From Methanotrichaceae archaeon (GTDB taxonomy: Archaea; Halobacteriota; Methanosarcinia; Methanotrichales; Methanotrichaceae), in the NCBI GenBank assembly GCA_963748825.1, contig CAVVKN010000002.1, forward strand, positions 1 through 64,000: DNA of 64,000 nt. The letters run 5' to 3'. Shown in pieces: positions 10,002 to 20,427 of this stretch (within the stretch, counting starts at the first letter, position 1; each line of letters opens with the position of its first letter). Below the pieces are notes generated by a model. The model was not told the DNA's origin. It made no database searches and was given only the letters and a program-made list of their open reading frames with translations. The position numbers and the translations under genes are program-made.

Positions 10002-10082
10002 AACGCATAAGTGGAGCGGTTCGCGTTTGATCATGAATATAATCCCGTTCTGCAATTCTCGTAGATTCTCACAAATTCCGAT

Positions 10083-11330
10083 TTATCGAAGCCATGTCCT
10101 ACCTGAGGTTACCAAGAATAGAGCCATGAAGAACCAGCCAAGAAATCCTTCCACCAAACCTATGTATTTATAAATACCAATCCAGATTATCGATTTTGAG
10201 TTGGCAGTAAATGCTAGTGCGCTATAATAAAAAGCATCGCCAATTGACTGGAGTCCGCTGATCCCTCTTCCATTCCAAAGAAGAAATGCAAAAATGGTAA
10301 TTAAAAACGCACTAAAACATAGCGGGCGAAATGGACGGACACCGTAACCGCATGACATGCATGATAATAAATCAAAAACCTTTTTTAATCCTATACCTCT
10401 TTGTTTTTGAATTCGCTTTCTATATAAATAATAACAATTATCTGAGTCATCAAATTGCCCTAAATTTCTAAAATTTGTAACTAATGCCAAAAGTACCGGA
10501 TCATCGCAGCTTAATTGATTCTTGATAGTGTTCCACTGAACATTAACGCGAGTAAACATCGCACCTGTTAGATAGATGTGATTTTCGAAATTGGATGCCG
10601 AGAAGTCCGCAATATAAAAACTTACGTAAGAGAAATCAGAAGTATTATTAAACCTATTATTTATAAAATCTGCAGTTCCCTTCACCTTTGAGCCAATGAA
10701 GAAAACTTTATCACAAAATTGAGTGTTTAATAGCCGGATAGATTCTCCAAAGAACCGACAAAAGGAAAAATCAGCCTTACCACGAAAAACTGCCTTTGAG
10801 AATTCTGCTAAGCCATGGAATACGGCGTAACGGAATGTGGATTCACCCCCGAAGAGGATATTCTTGCTATGCATGCCCCAAAAAAAGGCATCCTTTTGGA
10901 ATATAGCTTGGTCAAACCGAACAAGCGTACCTTCGGTGAATTGAGTATTTGCAAAGCTAACATCATCAATGAATCGAACATTGGCAAAAGAAGCATATCC
11001 TGTGAATATCGCGTCTCCAAATCCAGCAAATTTGCTAAATACGGATCCCTGAAAATCGGCGTTGATAAACGTTGTGCCAGAAAAATCAATATGCCCCATA
11101 AAATTCACGTTAAGAATTCTCGTTAATCCCTGAATATTGGAATGCTTTATCTTTATGGGCATTTTTATGATGCAACGACCATCATCACCCGGCGGCAATT
11201 TTAACCTGCATAGATCTAAATTGCCTGTAATTGTGATCCCGTCATAATCTACCACCTCACTATTTTCGATTTGAGCGATAATAATTTCGGCGGGAATAAA
11301 CTTATTGGGCGAATCAATTTTTGCATCCAT
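10083..11330 (-). CDS. Pentapeptide-repeat protein with C-terminal ion-channel-like membrane domain
   Basis: Repeated ADFxxxxF units; CGYGVRP followed by TM helices and AFYYSALAFT. AT-rich. Start uncertain (11330 or 11384). Confidence 0.8.
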   Translation of the reverse strand: MDAKIDSPNKFIPAEIIIAQIENSEVVDYDGITITGNLDLCRLKLPPGDDGRCIIKMPIKIKHSNIQGLTRILNVNFMGHIDFSGTTFINADFQGSVFSKFAGFGDAIFTGYASFANVRFIDDVSFANTQFTEGTLVRFDQAIFQKDAFFWGMHSKNILFGGESTFRYAVFHGLAEFSKAVFRGKADFSFCRFFGESIRLLNTQFCDKVFFIGSKVKGTADFINNRFNNTSDFSYVSFYIADFSASNFENHIYLTGAMFTRVNVQWNTIKNQLSCDDPVLLALVTNFRNLGQFDDSDNCYYLYRKRIQKQRGIGLKKVFDLLSCMSCGYGVRPFRPLCFSAFLITIFAFLLWNGRGISGLQSIGDAFYYSALAFTANSKSIIWIGIYKYIGLVEGFLGWFFMALFLVTSGRTWLR

Positions 11331-11496
11331 AATAAGGACTTTAGATTTAAACAAAGTATATACCGCTGGCGCCAAAGACTGCAAAGGTTAAGTTAACCGA
11401 GTTGCTCCGGAGCCAATGTGGCGATCAAGATTGTATTCCCTTATCATGGAAAGATTAAAATGATATAATCGCATAAAATTATAGGCAAGGAGATTT

Positions 11497-11784
11497 ATGA
11501 ACGAGCAGATACAAGCGGCACGCGAGAAAGCGCTGGAGATTTTACAGAAGAATGGGATCAAACGCGCCGCCTTCTTTGGCTCCATTGTGAGGGGAGAAAT
11601 GACTGATGAAAGCGACATAGACATCCTTGTCGAATTCGAAGGCCGAAAGAGTCTCCTCGACCTCGCCGGCTTGAAGCTCGATCTAGAGGATGCTCTGCAA
11701 AGGCGAGTAGATCTTCTCACTTACAGGTCGCTGCATCCCATGCTCAAAGACAGGATTCTCGCAGAACAGGTCCCGATATTATGA
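11497..11784 (+). CDS. Minimal nucleotidyltransferase (MNT family)
   Basis: FFGSIVRGE...SDIDILVEF and RRVDL. Confidence 0.9.
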   Translation: MNEQIQAAREKALEILQKNGIKRAAFFGSIVRGEMTDESDIDILVEFEGRKSLLDLAGLKLDLEDALQRRVDLLTYRSLHPMLKDRILAEQVPIL

Positions 11785-11885
11785 CGATTAGTAGCGACTG
11801 CAAGAGCTGAAAGCAATCATTGAAGAAAAATAGGTTCTGCAGGGTTTATTGATCAACCCTGACTCATTTTGTACCCATTAAGTGA

Positions 11886-12071
11886 TTAGTATCTTCTGGG
11901 TGGTCTGGCAGGCTTATGCTTCTGGTAGCAATCGCTGCAGTACACCGGCCTGGAGCCATCGGGCTTGAAGGGAACTTGACATGTCTTTCCGCACTCTGCG
12001 CAGGTGGCATCGTGCATCTCTCTTGGGCCGCTGCTAAAGCCGCCCCTGTTGCCGCTTCCATATCCTTCCAT
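11886..12071 (-). CDS. CxxC-x17-CxxC zinc-finger protein
   Basis: CAECGKTCQVPFKPDGSRPVYCSDCY with Gly/Arg-rich N-terminus. Confidence 0.92.
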   Translation of the reverse strand: MEGYGSGNRGGFSSGPREMHDATCAECGKTCQVPFKPDGSRPVYCSDCYQKHKPARPPRRY

Positions 12072-12395
12072 TTTAATTCACTTACCTTTGGCATCGATTC
12101 CATGAATCGATCCTACTACAAAACATCCTATCAAACTCAATTGATTAGACGATCTGTAGCATCAATTCAGATGTCTAACTTCATTATATACTCGTTGGTC
12201 AAAGCCAACCGATTGAAAATAATGGGAAAGGAAATTGAAATTCATGAGCTTTCGGGGAAATTTTTAGTGGCAGTTTCGATCCATCGCCAGTATTAGATTT
12301 CAGACGACATCGCATTCATGCAAAGGCTTTAACTATCCATTTTGCCATGTCGCTGCCATTACAGCATTTCCAGCAAGAAGCCAGAGGGACCAGCA

Positions 12396-12866
12396 ATGAT
12401 GAACTCAATTAATAGAAAAGCAACATTAATGGCCCTTGCGATCATCTGTTTGCTGCCCCTAGCCATGACGGGAGACTGCCGGGCGGCCCCCGAAGGGCAG
12501 ATGAATGGCAACGCCTCCGGGCCGGTACGGGTGTTTCCAGAGTCTCCTGTTGTCGTGAATGACGGGACCATGGACGAGGCGCTCAAGATCTACTCGCCTT
12601 TTGTCTTGGACTGCTGGGAGATAGGCTGCCGGCCCTGCCAGCTTATCGAGCCAAAGATAAACCAAATGGCAGAGGATTTTAAAGGCCGGATAGTATTCGG
12701 CAAGCTGTGCATCGATCGAAATCCTATTACTATGCGCAAGTATGGGGTATCAAGAACTCCAACCCTGCTTGTCTTCGAAAACGGCACTCTCGTGTATAAG
12801 CAGGTGGGCAATTATCCTCAAGAGGAGCTGGAGCACATAATTCTGACCGTCCTGCATATGCGGTGA
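12396..12866 (+). CDS. Secreted thioredoxin family protein
   Basis: Signal-like N-terminus, CRPC active site and cis-Pro motif TPT. Confidence 0.85.
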   Translation: MMNSINRKATLMALAIICLLPLAMTGDCRAAPEGQMNGNASGPVRVFPESPVVVNDGTMDEALKIYSPFVLDCWEIGCRPCQLIEPKINQMAEDFKGRIVFGKLCIDRNPITMRKYGVSRTPTLLVFENGTLVYKQVGNYPQEELEHIILTVLHMR

Positions 12867-12872
12867 GATCGC

Positions 12873-15269
12873 TTACCCTTTGTAGTCCCCTCCTACCAGT
12901 TCGCGAATCCGCTGTGCGATCTTTGGCCCCACCTTTTCCACCTCTTGCAGCTGCTCAGGAGAGGCGGTCATTACCTTCTCGACGGATCCGAAATGCTTGA
13001 GCAGGTTCTTGGCTACCGCCGGCCCCACGCTGGAAATGGCCGAGATCAAGTACTCTTGCTGCTCTTTGAGCGTCCTGGCGGTCTTGTGGCCATGCACCTT
13101 CGGCTCGTGCCCTTCCCGCATCTCTCTTCGGGCCAGCAGAGCAATAACTGCGGCCGTTTCATCCCGATCTTCCGTGGGAATGATGGGGACGCCGTAGTCT
13201 ACAGCCACAGAGGCCATTGCTCCGCGAATGGAGCTGGCGTTCATCTGCCGGGTGTAAAGATCCCTGCCCTCTAAAATCAAAACCGGCCGATCGTAAGTCC
13301 TGGCCAAATCCGCTATCTGCCGGAATAAGTTTCTCTGCGGATCGATGATCGAGGCCACAAAATCCTGTGCCGTTTTGCGTTCGATGGCCACCCGATCACT
13401 GACCACATAGTCGCCCACCTCCAGATTCTTGACGGTGACATCGAGGCCCAGAGACTCCAGAAGCTTTGCCATCTCTCTCTCCCTTGAGTCCACAAAGATT
13501 TTGGCAGGCATTTTGCCCGGTTCTTCCGCTTCTTTTTGCTCTTTTTTTGCAGCGTTATTCACTTCATGCGGCACGACTCTTTGCCCTTCGTTCTGCTCTT
13601 CGCTTGGCCCTTTGCTCGGCCCAATATTTTGCCATGCAGCCAGGCCTTCATCCTTCTTTGCAGGTCCAGCATGCCCGGCAGGTCCGGCCGGATCCTCGGT
13701 TATCTGAAGCTGCCGGGGCAAGAACTCCACATGCCGCGATTCCTGGGCCTGACCGCTCAGATCTCGCATCTGCCTGTTCATGGTCTTTTCTTTGCGGTCT
13801 GATATCCAGTAATAGGCCTCATCGCGCGTGCCCTTGGCCATTAAAACTACCACTCTGCCGGCTCTCGCCCTGCCGGTCCTGCCTTTGCGCTGAATGCTGC
13901 GAATCTCGGAGGGCACAGGCTCATAAAATAGGACCAGATCCGTGGCAGGAATATCGATTCCCTCTTCCCCCACCGATGTCGCAATGAGGACATTGAATTC
14001 TCCTGCCCGAAATTTCTGCAAAATCTCTGCTTGCTTCTTTTGGCTGAGGCCTTCATCATTCTCGCGGCTGGATTGCCCCACAAATCGCACGGCTCGAATG
14101 GCGGGATCATCTTTCAGGAACTTAAGAAGAGATGTGGCAGTGTCTCGATAGTTGGTAAAGACCATGATGCGAGACTCGGGCTTCGAGCCAATCTGCTCCT
14201 GCAGTATTCTCTTTACCTCGGCAGGCTTGGGGTGCTCCACATCCAGCTTTTGCAGGGCATCTACAACCTGCAGGAACCCGGGGTCTTGCATTATCCGCCG
14301 GGATGCTTTGGAACCGCTTCGCGAGAGGGCTTCACCCTCTAGCCTCTGAAAATATCTGGCCAGTGCATCCGGGCCCTGCGTCTCCGCCAGCTCGACGGCA
14401 TGATGCAGCTTGAAAATCTCGGCCATGAGAGATATGGCCACAAATGTGGATTTATTTGCCTGCGTCTTGGCCGAGGACATGAGAGTGGCCTGCAACGTCA
14501 GAAGCTCCTTCTTGGATGACTTGGCATCGATTCTGACCGGGCTGATGCCTAGCCGGTTCAGATCATCGATTCTGGTCTTGAGCAGCTCCTCGATGGCTGA
14601 GCGGATAAGCAGAAGCTCTTTGGGAACGGTAAGCTTCACCCACTCTATCTCCCGCATGTGGACAAATGGGGCGACATCGGGATCATTTTCCGTACGGGTC
14701 TGGATCTTCTCAATGCCCAGGTTGGTGCAGATCTCGGCAATCTTCTCGCTCTGGCTGCCCGGGCTGGCGGTGATCCCCAGGACCAGGGGGAGGCTTGCCT
14801 CGCGATGATAGCGATCGGCGATATAAACATAAGCATAGTTGCCCACTGCCCGGTGCGCTTCGTCGAAAATCACCAGGGAGACATCTTTAAGATCGATCCT
14901 TCGGGAGAGAAGATCATTCTCGATCACCTGCGGAGTGGAGACAACGATGCTACTTTGCCCCCAGGATTCGACCCTTTTTTCCGGAGGGCTCTCCCCGGTC
15001 ATCATGGAAACTATATCTCTGTCTCTGAGTACACGCTGCAAGAAAACGGCATGCTGCTCCACCAGAGGCTTGGTAGGAGCCAGAAAAAGAATCCTGCCCT
15101 TATCCATTCGAGCCAGCAGCACCATGAGAGCAATGACGGTCTTGCCAAGACCCGTAGGTACTACAATAAGGCTGGAGGCCTTGAGAGCCGTGGCGGCCAA
15201 ATCCAACTGGAAGAGCCGCTTCTCTACCGTTTGCGGTAATAGGTGCGGATGCTCCAGGTAGGTGCACAT
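12873..15269 (-). CDS. hef: Hef (FANCM-like) DEAH helicase with ERCC4 nuclease domain
   Basis: PTGLGKT, DEAH, QRKGRTGR, ERCC4 motifs VDSRE/GDY/ERK and C-terminal HhH. Confidence 0.95.
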   Translation of the reverse strand: MCTYLEHPHLLPQTVEKRLFQLDLAATALKASSLIVVPTGLGKTVIALMVLLARMDKGRILFLAPTKPLVEQHAVFLQRVLRDRDIVSMMTGESPPEKRVESWGQSSIVVSTPQVIENDLLSRRIDLKDVSLVIFDEAHRAVGNYAYVYIADRYHREASLPLVLGITASPGSQSEKIAEICTNLGIEKIQTRTENDPDVAPFVHMREIEWVKLTVPKELLLIRSAIEELLKTRIDDLNRLGISPVRIDAKSSKKELLTLQATLMSSAKTQANKSTFVAISLMAEIFKLHHAVELAETQGPDALARYFQRLEGEALSRSGSKASRRIMQDPGFLQVVDALQKLDVEHPKPAEVKRILQEQIGSKPESRIMVFTNYRDTATSLLKFLKDDPAIRAVRFVGQSSRENDEGLSQKKQAEILQKFRAGEFNVLIATSVGEEGIDIPATDLVLFYEPVPSEIRSIQRKGRTGRARAGRVVVLMAKGTRDEAYYWISDRKEKTMNRQMRDLSGQAQESRHVEFLPRQLQITEDPAGPAGHAGPAKKDEGLAAWQNIGPSKGPSEEQNEGQRVVPHEVNNAAKKEQKEAEEPGKMPAKIFVDSREREMAKLLESLGLDVTVKNLEVGDYVVSDRVAIERKTAQDFVASIIDPQRNLFRQIADLARTYDRPVLILEGRDLYTRQMNASSIRGAMASVAVDYGVPIIPTEDRDETAAVIALLARREMREGHEPKVHGHKTARTLKEQQEYLISAISSVGPAVAKNLLKHFGSVEKVMTASPEQLQEVEKVGPKIAQRIRELVGGDYKG

Positions 15270-15583
15270 GATTGATCCAATGCTCTCTTGTTGTATTTGA
15301 TTTCATTGTATCAAAGCTGGTTCAAATTCCCTGGCTCTTTTGGGGTAGATTAGGTCTATTGATCTATATTTATTATTAATATTATATCATCTATACGATC
15401 CTTAGACTTATCATGGCTTTCCTAAACTCGTTCCTGGATACGAGGAAGATTACAAGAATCTGAGTGGTTTTGAAGGATAAATTTATATAATATAAAAGTA
15501 ACACATTGATAGAAAGCTAAATCTCGCTTATTTAGCGAAATAGCTTAAATTGATCGCTTAAAAAAAAGGGGGCGAAAAAGAAA

Positions 15584-16384
15584 ATGAAGGGAGTAGTAAT
15601 AGTAGCATTTATGCTTGCAATTGCCCTTATAGGGGGTTGCGGCACCGTGCTAGCTAATCCACCACTGGTACCACCAGTGCAGTATGAACAGTTCTGTGAA
15701 GCACAAAAAGTGTCCGGAACAGGAATTATCGATGTCAGCACGTCGATAATCGATAAGAAGATCGCACTTGAATACTACAACACCATGGCCGGCGACGGCG
15801 ACATGGAGCTTGACTCCGAGCATGCTTACTCTCAAGATCCTGAGAAGCTAAAGAGGACTGTAAGCTCGGTAAACAACAGCAACGAGTCCGGCTTTAACCT
15901 CGTCGAAACCACCAAGCTGACATATGCAGGCGATACACCTCTGACCGGCGGCAAGTACCTGCATTCCAAGGCATTTTACGGCGGCATCGGCGCTGATGTT
16001 CAGGAGATGTTCTCCGTAAACGAGATGGAAAAGGATGAAACCGCATTCTTTGCCTCTACGACGCCTTATCGGCCGAAGGACAATGTCAGCCCGGAGGACT
16101 TGATCAAAAAGCTCAAGGCTGCAGGAAGAAACACTTCCGAAGTCGAGAGGCTCATGACGGCCAGCAATGATATCTATGTCCCGTCCCATCTCATCGGCCT
16201 TGAGACCAAGAACTCCTTCAATGGTACCTGGGGCACCGATGCCAAGTGGCACAAGATATTCTACAAGGATATCAAGGCCCACGAGATGTTCACAGGAACC
16301 TTCGAGGCAGAGAAGACCATAAAGTTCCATGAGAATCCCGTGCCCGAAAGAATCCGTGTGCCATGTGAAGGCATTGACTGCTAG
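15584..16384 (+). CDS. Secreted hypothetical protein
   Basis: Signal peptide; beta-rich; shares motifs with the adjacent ORF. Confidence 0.8.
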   Translation: MKGVVIVAFMLAIALIGGCGTVLANPPLVPPVQYEQFCEAQKVSGTGIIDVSTSIIDKKIALEYYNTMAGDGDMELDSEHAYSQDPEKLKRTVSSVNNSNESGFNLVETTKLTYAGDTPLTGGKYLHSKAFYGGIGADVQEMFSVNEMEKDETAFFASTTPYRPKDNVSPEDLIKKLKAAGRNTSEVERLMTASNDIYVPSHLIGLETKNSFNGTWGTDAKWHKIFYKDIKAHEMFTGTFEAEKTIKFHENPVPERIRVPCEGIDC

Positions 16385-16441
16385 GCCGAGAAAGCCTGCA
16401 GTTTTTTCTTTTTTTTTTAAAGCTTTAGGTGGGGGGTTAGC

Positions 16442-17626
16442 ATGAAAAGACAAATGATTTGGATAATGATAACATTCATCCTGACGGCAGCCCCGGTATT
16501 GGCAACGGTTGAGGACTCGGGCATGGCTCCTGGTGATGTTTCGAGCAGCCCATGGACTGGTTTCACATCGCCAACTTTGCCTACATTTCTGCCCAGCCCC
16601 TGTTCCGGTGATTCCGGTAGCCTCTTCGTTGCCATCGGCCTTACCGGGCCAGAGTCAGAACCGGATAAATTGTATACAACCCCGGGCAAACCACTGGACT
16701 TCATGGTCACGGTAAGTAACGATGGTAGAACGGAGGTGGAGGCACAGGTCGGCGTCAAGCCGGAGGGCTGTCCATTTGAATGGTTTAGCTGGACGACCAC
16801 TCCCATGACCATTCCGGCTGGAGTCTCTCGCTCGGTGGCCCTGCAAGTTTTTCCGGATACAAACGCAGTAGCCGGGGAGTACAGATTCGCGGTGGAGGCC
16901 TCGGCCAAATGCCGCAGCTCTGGGCAAAGAGAAGCTAAATTCAAGGTGCAAGCATTCGACTACGCTTCAGAGACCACTGTCGCCGGCACAGGCCAGTTTC
17001 AGATGAATAAAGACCTCAGATCCATGAACTCTGGCATCAAATCCACCAAAAACGTGCTGTTTTCCGGCAGCGTGGATGCTCTAGTAAAGAATGAATATAT
17101 GGTGGACGAGGCATTGGGCAAAAATGCCAACTTCCAGGAACAGGATGCAGTTGACAACTACAATGCCGTCTCTCTTGGGGATGCGCTTTTAGGGACAGAG
17201 AGCTTCAAGAGTTCTGCGATCTTCGGTGGAGTGGGTGCCAAAGTCCGGGAAAGCTATGATGTGCAGCAGATGGAGTTCAAGAACCAGGATTTCGTACTGC
17301 ATCAGACAGGATCTCTAAAGAAGACGGCAGAGTTCAAGACGATGGACAACTTCACTGGATATTACATGATAGATGCCAAGCAGGTAATTCCCGGTCAGAA
17401 GAATCTGAAGGAGTTTGAGGAGTATTTCGGATCCTTCGAGATCAATCGAAGAATACTCTTCCGCAATAAGCCGACATCCGAATCTCTGTGCTTTGAGGCA
17501 GATTGCGCGAAAAAGCCAGGCCCCGATAATAGCTATAAAGCCCCAGGGCAATTTGTTAGCCCCTGTTCAAGCGGCTCATGTAATAAATTCACGAATGCTC
17601 TCAATGCCTTCTCTAAGTCCGCTTGA
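16442..17626 (+). CDS. Secreted hypothetical protein (Ig-like N-domain plus domain paralogous to 15584-16384)
   Basis: Signal peptide; Ig-like segment (VTVSNDG...AGEYRFAVEA); C-domain motif FGGVGAKVRE. Confidence 0.8.
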   Translation: MKRQMIWIMITFILTAAPVLATVEDSGMAPGDVSSSPWTGFTSPTLPTFLPSPCSGDSGSLFVAIGLTGPESEPDKLYTTPGKPLDFMVTVSNDGRTEVEAQVGVKPEGCPFEWFSWTTTPMTIPAGVSRSVALQVFPDTNAVAGEYRFAVEASAKCRSSGQREAKFKVQAFDYASETTVAGTGQFQMNKDLRSMNSGIKSTKNVLFSGSVDALVKNEYMVDEALGKNANFQEQDAVDNYNAVSLGDALLGTESFKSSAIFGGVGAKVRESYDVQQMEFKNQDFVLHQTGSLKKTAEFKTMDNFTGYYMIDAKQVIPGQKNLKEFEEYFGSFEINRRILFRNKPTSESLCFEADCAKKPGPDNSYKAPGQFVSPCSSGSCNKFTNALNAFSKSA

Positions 17627-18177
17627 TATTTTTTTATTATTTTGAATACCCAGCCGCAGAGCTGCTGTATACTCAAAATAATAAATATAAATAATAATAT
17701 ATGTATGTAGCATTTTCATTGTTGGGCATTTATCGAAATAAGTAAATGGCGAATTTGCTAAAGGAATTAGGCGAAGATCTCGGGGGTAATGAAAGAATAT
17801 GTCATTTCAATCTTCCATTGCTCTTCGCCCAATCTACTAACTGCGTTCATTCTATTTAAATCTTTTCTTATTAATTAAGTATATTTAAGATTGCCTTTAT
17901 TTTAGAGATCATAAACACAATGCTATTATTGAATATCACAATCAATTATGTTGCATTACAATTTATTTAATGTATTTATGTCATATTCATAACACAATCC
18001 CTCCGACTTTTTTATTAAATTTTTATAGCATTATTCAATATACTTGCGTTGGATTTGGAGAATTATTGGTATTGAGTCTAATGGCCCCGATATAAGCAAA
18101 AGGAATAAATGGTTAAAGCTCACGTACCTGAAAAAGGGGTCTGATTGAGTACCCTTTTGAGAAAGGAGGTTCATAAA

Positions 18178-18585
18178 ATGAAGTTGATTCTTACATTATT
18201 CGTTGTCACGATTCTTTTAGCAGGCGCTGCCGTCACGGCCAGCGCTGCCGATGTTCTGGATTTGAGCACGTTAGGCAAGAAACCGAGCATGGAAGCTGTT
18301 TCTCTGCCCAGGCTCTCGCCTACTATGCCGACTATTGCGCCAACCTCTCTGGGAGGCAACCTGAAAAGCAATGTGCTCGATCTCAGCACTCTGGGAAAGA
18401 AAACACAGCCCAATGTGAGCGCGACCATGATCAAGGGTCCATCTCCGGTTACAATCACACCCATGTTCGCCGTTAAGAATACAAATGTAACCAACCAGGC
18501 CGGCACTGTCTTTACCCTGCCCCAGGCAATTTCTGCCAACCCCTCGGTCTACACTCCGCCCATTGCCATATTTGGCGGAGCTTAA
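18178..18585 (+). CDS. Secreted Pro/Thr/Ser-rich hypothetical protein
   Basis: GGAGGT SD, signal peptide and an internal duplicate VLDLSTLGKK. Confidence 0.75.
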   Translation: MKLILTLFVVTILLAGAAVTASAADVLDLSTLGKKPSMEAVSLPRLSPTMPTIAPTSLGGNLKSNVLDLSTLGKKTQPNVSATMIKGPSPVTITPMFAVKNTNVTNQAGTVFTLPQAISANPSVYTPPIAIFGGA

Positions 18586-18595
18586 AGAGGAAGAA

Positions 18596-18745
18596 ATGAA
18601 TGTTGAGCTGAAAGTGGATGGAAAGGCCATAGAATTAAGTGCCTTCCCGCAAGAGATCATCGCTAACGTGGCAGTAGCCATGGCCGAATCCTTGCGAGGC
18701 GTTGGTCAGGACTGGAAAGGAATTGAGATCAGAATAGAAAAGTGA
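18596..18745 (+). CDS. Small hypothetical protein
   Basis: 49-aa ORF MNVELKVDGKAIELSAFPQEIIANV... directly downstream of the previous gene. Confidence 0.7.
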   Translation: MNVELKVDGKAIELSAFPQEIIANVAVAMAESLRGVGQDWKGIEIRIEK

Positions 18746-18753
18746 TAATTTTC

Positions 18754-19239
18754 TCAATCCTTCTTGCTCTTTTTAAAGACAGATGTGAGATCTATAAAAT
18801 AAGTGCCATCCTTGACCGCCATAATCAGCTCATCCCTCTCGAATAGAGATGGCAGATTTAGCTCGTAGGTGCCTGGTGCCGTTATCATGACGCTCTCCAG
18901 AGCCTTCTCTTCTGGCTTGCCATCACTTTGGGGGGTGTCCTCGAACTCTTTCTTGGCTGGGATGCAAAGCGGCGGAGAAAGTGTCGTGACAGGAGCTGAT
19001 CTTTGCATAGCCGGCATCTCCTCTTCTATTGCCATCGACTCTCTTTCCTTTCTCCTGGGCGGTATCCTTACGCCCATCGCCCGAGTTATGATCTGCTCCG
19101 GCGCTAGCATCTGATCCTTCAAATCCTGTGGCTTCTTTTTCACGAACATGAACTTCTTACCGCCACAATTCGGGCAGCCCTTCAGGATATCCTCCCCCAA
19201 GTCAAAGACATTGCTACAACGGGTGCAGATATGAGGCAT
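18754..19239 (-). CDS. oapC: Zn-ribbon protein, OapC/DUF2072 family
   Basis: MPHICTRC...ILKGCPNCGGKKF and PGTYELNL; third gene of the operon. Confidence 0.85.
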   Translation of the reverse strand: MPHICTRCSNVFDLGEDILKGCPNCGGKKFMFVKKKPQDLKDQMLAPEQIITRAMGVRIPPRRKERESMAIEEEMPAMQRSAPVTTLSPPLCIPAKKEFEDTPQSDGKPEEKALESVMITAPGTYELNLPSLFERDELIMAVKDGTYFIDLTSVFKKSKKD

Positions 19240-19608
19240 CTAGTCCCCCACTGAGACCTTGGTGCTGATCTGATATTTGTCCTTCTCAATTGTGCGTAGC
19301 TGGTTGGCAGGGCCGATGACCGTCATCCTGCCCTTAAGAGATCTGCCAAATATCCTGTCCAAAAACGACCCTTCCTTCTTGGAAGGGTAGCTCTCGATCT
19401 CTATTCCGGAGAATTCGTCTACCCGAATCTCGGACATGGTCATCTCGATGAGGCGCACCTCCTCATCAGAAGTCAGGCCGCTCTCCAAAACCACGATCTT
19501 GCCATTTTTGACCTTGTCCAGGATGAGCCGAATCTTTTCCATGGAGGTCATTTTCTCCAGCTTCTCCCCGGAAATGAGGTCCATTTGCACTTCTCTCATC
19601 AAGATCAC
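19240..19608 (-). CDS. oapB: OapB/DUF2073 family protein
   Basis: [25 protein letters not shown] and TVIGPAN. Confidence 0.88.
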   Translation of the reverse strand: MILMREVQMDLISGEKLEKMTSMEKIRLILDKVKNGKIVVLESGLTSDEEVRLIEMTMSEIRVDEFSGIEIESYPSKKEGSFLDRIFGRSLKGRMTVIGPANQLRTIEKDKYQISTKVSVGD

Positions 19609-20243
19609 CCAAAATGAGCTGCTATCGCCTGATAAAGGTTATCTATATTCGATCCTTCTAGGGCGGAGATCGGCACCATGGCATGCTGGGGGAAGGCAGC
19701 CTTAATTCTGGCCGGCGAGGCGTTGGGCAGATCCATCTTATTGGCCACAATGAGAAGGGGAAGCTTCCTTGCTTCCATGTTTCCAATCACTACCACATTG
19801 ACCTGAGTATAAGGATCCTCGGTTGAGTCCATAACTAAGAGCACCCCGTCCAGGTCATCCAGCCATTTGATCGCTTCAATGACGCCTTCCGTAGCCTCCT
19901 TGGCCCTCTTCTTAGACTCGGCCTCGGAGAGGCCGAAGACCATGAACTCCTTGAAATCAACCTTTGTGGCCATGCCTGGTGTATCGACTATATCCAGCTC
20001 GATGCTCGAGCCGTTGGCGTTAATCACCACACCCTCCTTTCTCATGGCCCTGCGGGTCTCATGTGGGATGGGAGAGGCCGCTCCAAAGCTCTCGCCATCA
20101 CTCCAGTCGTGCAGAATCCTGTTGGCCAGTGTGGTCTTTCCGGCATTAGGCGGGCCATAAAGTCCGATCTTGGCCCTCTTTTTTTTAAATATCCTGTTTA
20201 TCCAGGTCCCAAGGCTCTCCTTGAGGCTGCTGAAAATACCCAT
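19605..20243 (-). CDS. oapA: Era-like GTP-binding protein OapA
   Basis: [16 protein letters not shown] and SAL. Confidence 0.9.
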   Translation of the reverse strand: MGIFSSLKESLGTWINRIFKKKRAKIGLYGPPNAGKTTLANRILHDWSDGESFGAASPIPHETRRAMRKEGVVINANGSSIELDIVDTPGMATKVDFKEFMVFGLSEAESKKRAKEATEGVIEAIKWLDDLDGVLLVMDSTEDPYTQVNVVVIGNMEARKLPLLIVANKMDLPNASPARIKAAFPQHAMVPISALEGSNIDNLYQAIAAHFG

Positions 20244-20427
20244 ATCCTACCTCAGATCTGATAAGCGCATATCTGTACTAATAATTTTCCGTGACTTTTA
20301 TTCTGACATAGTCCTGCCCGTGCTAATGCCGGGCTTGGACTTAAGAGATGATGCGTTATCGTATAGATTATAATAATATAAACGGATGAGACAGAATGCG
20401 TGGTGAAAGAAAAAAGCAAAAAATGCC

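Noticed and set aside
18754-20427. Replication origin next to oapABC
   Set aside because: No orc1/cdc6 gene nearby and no ORB-like repeats recognised.
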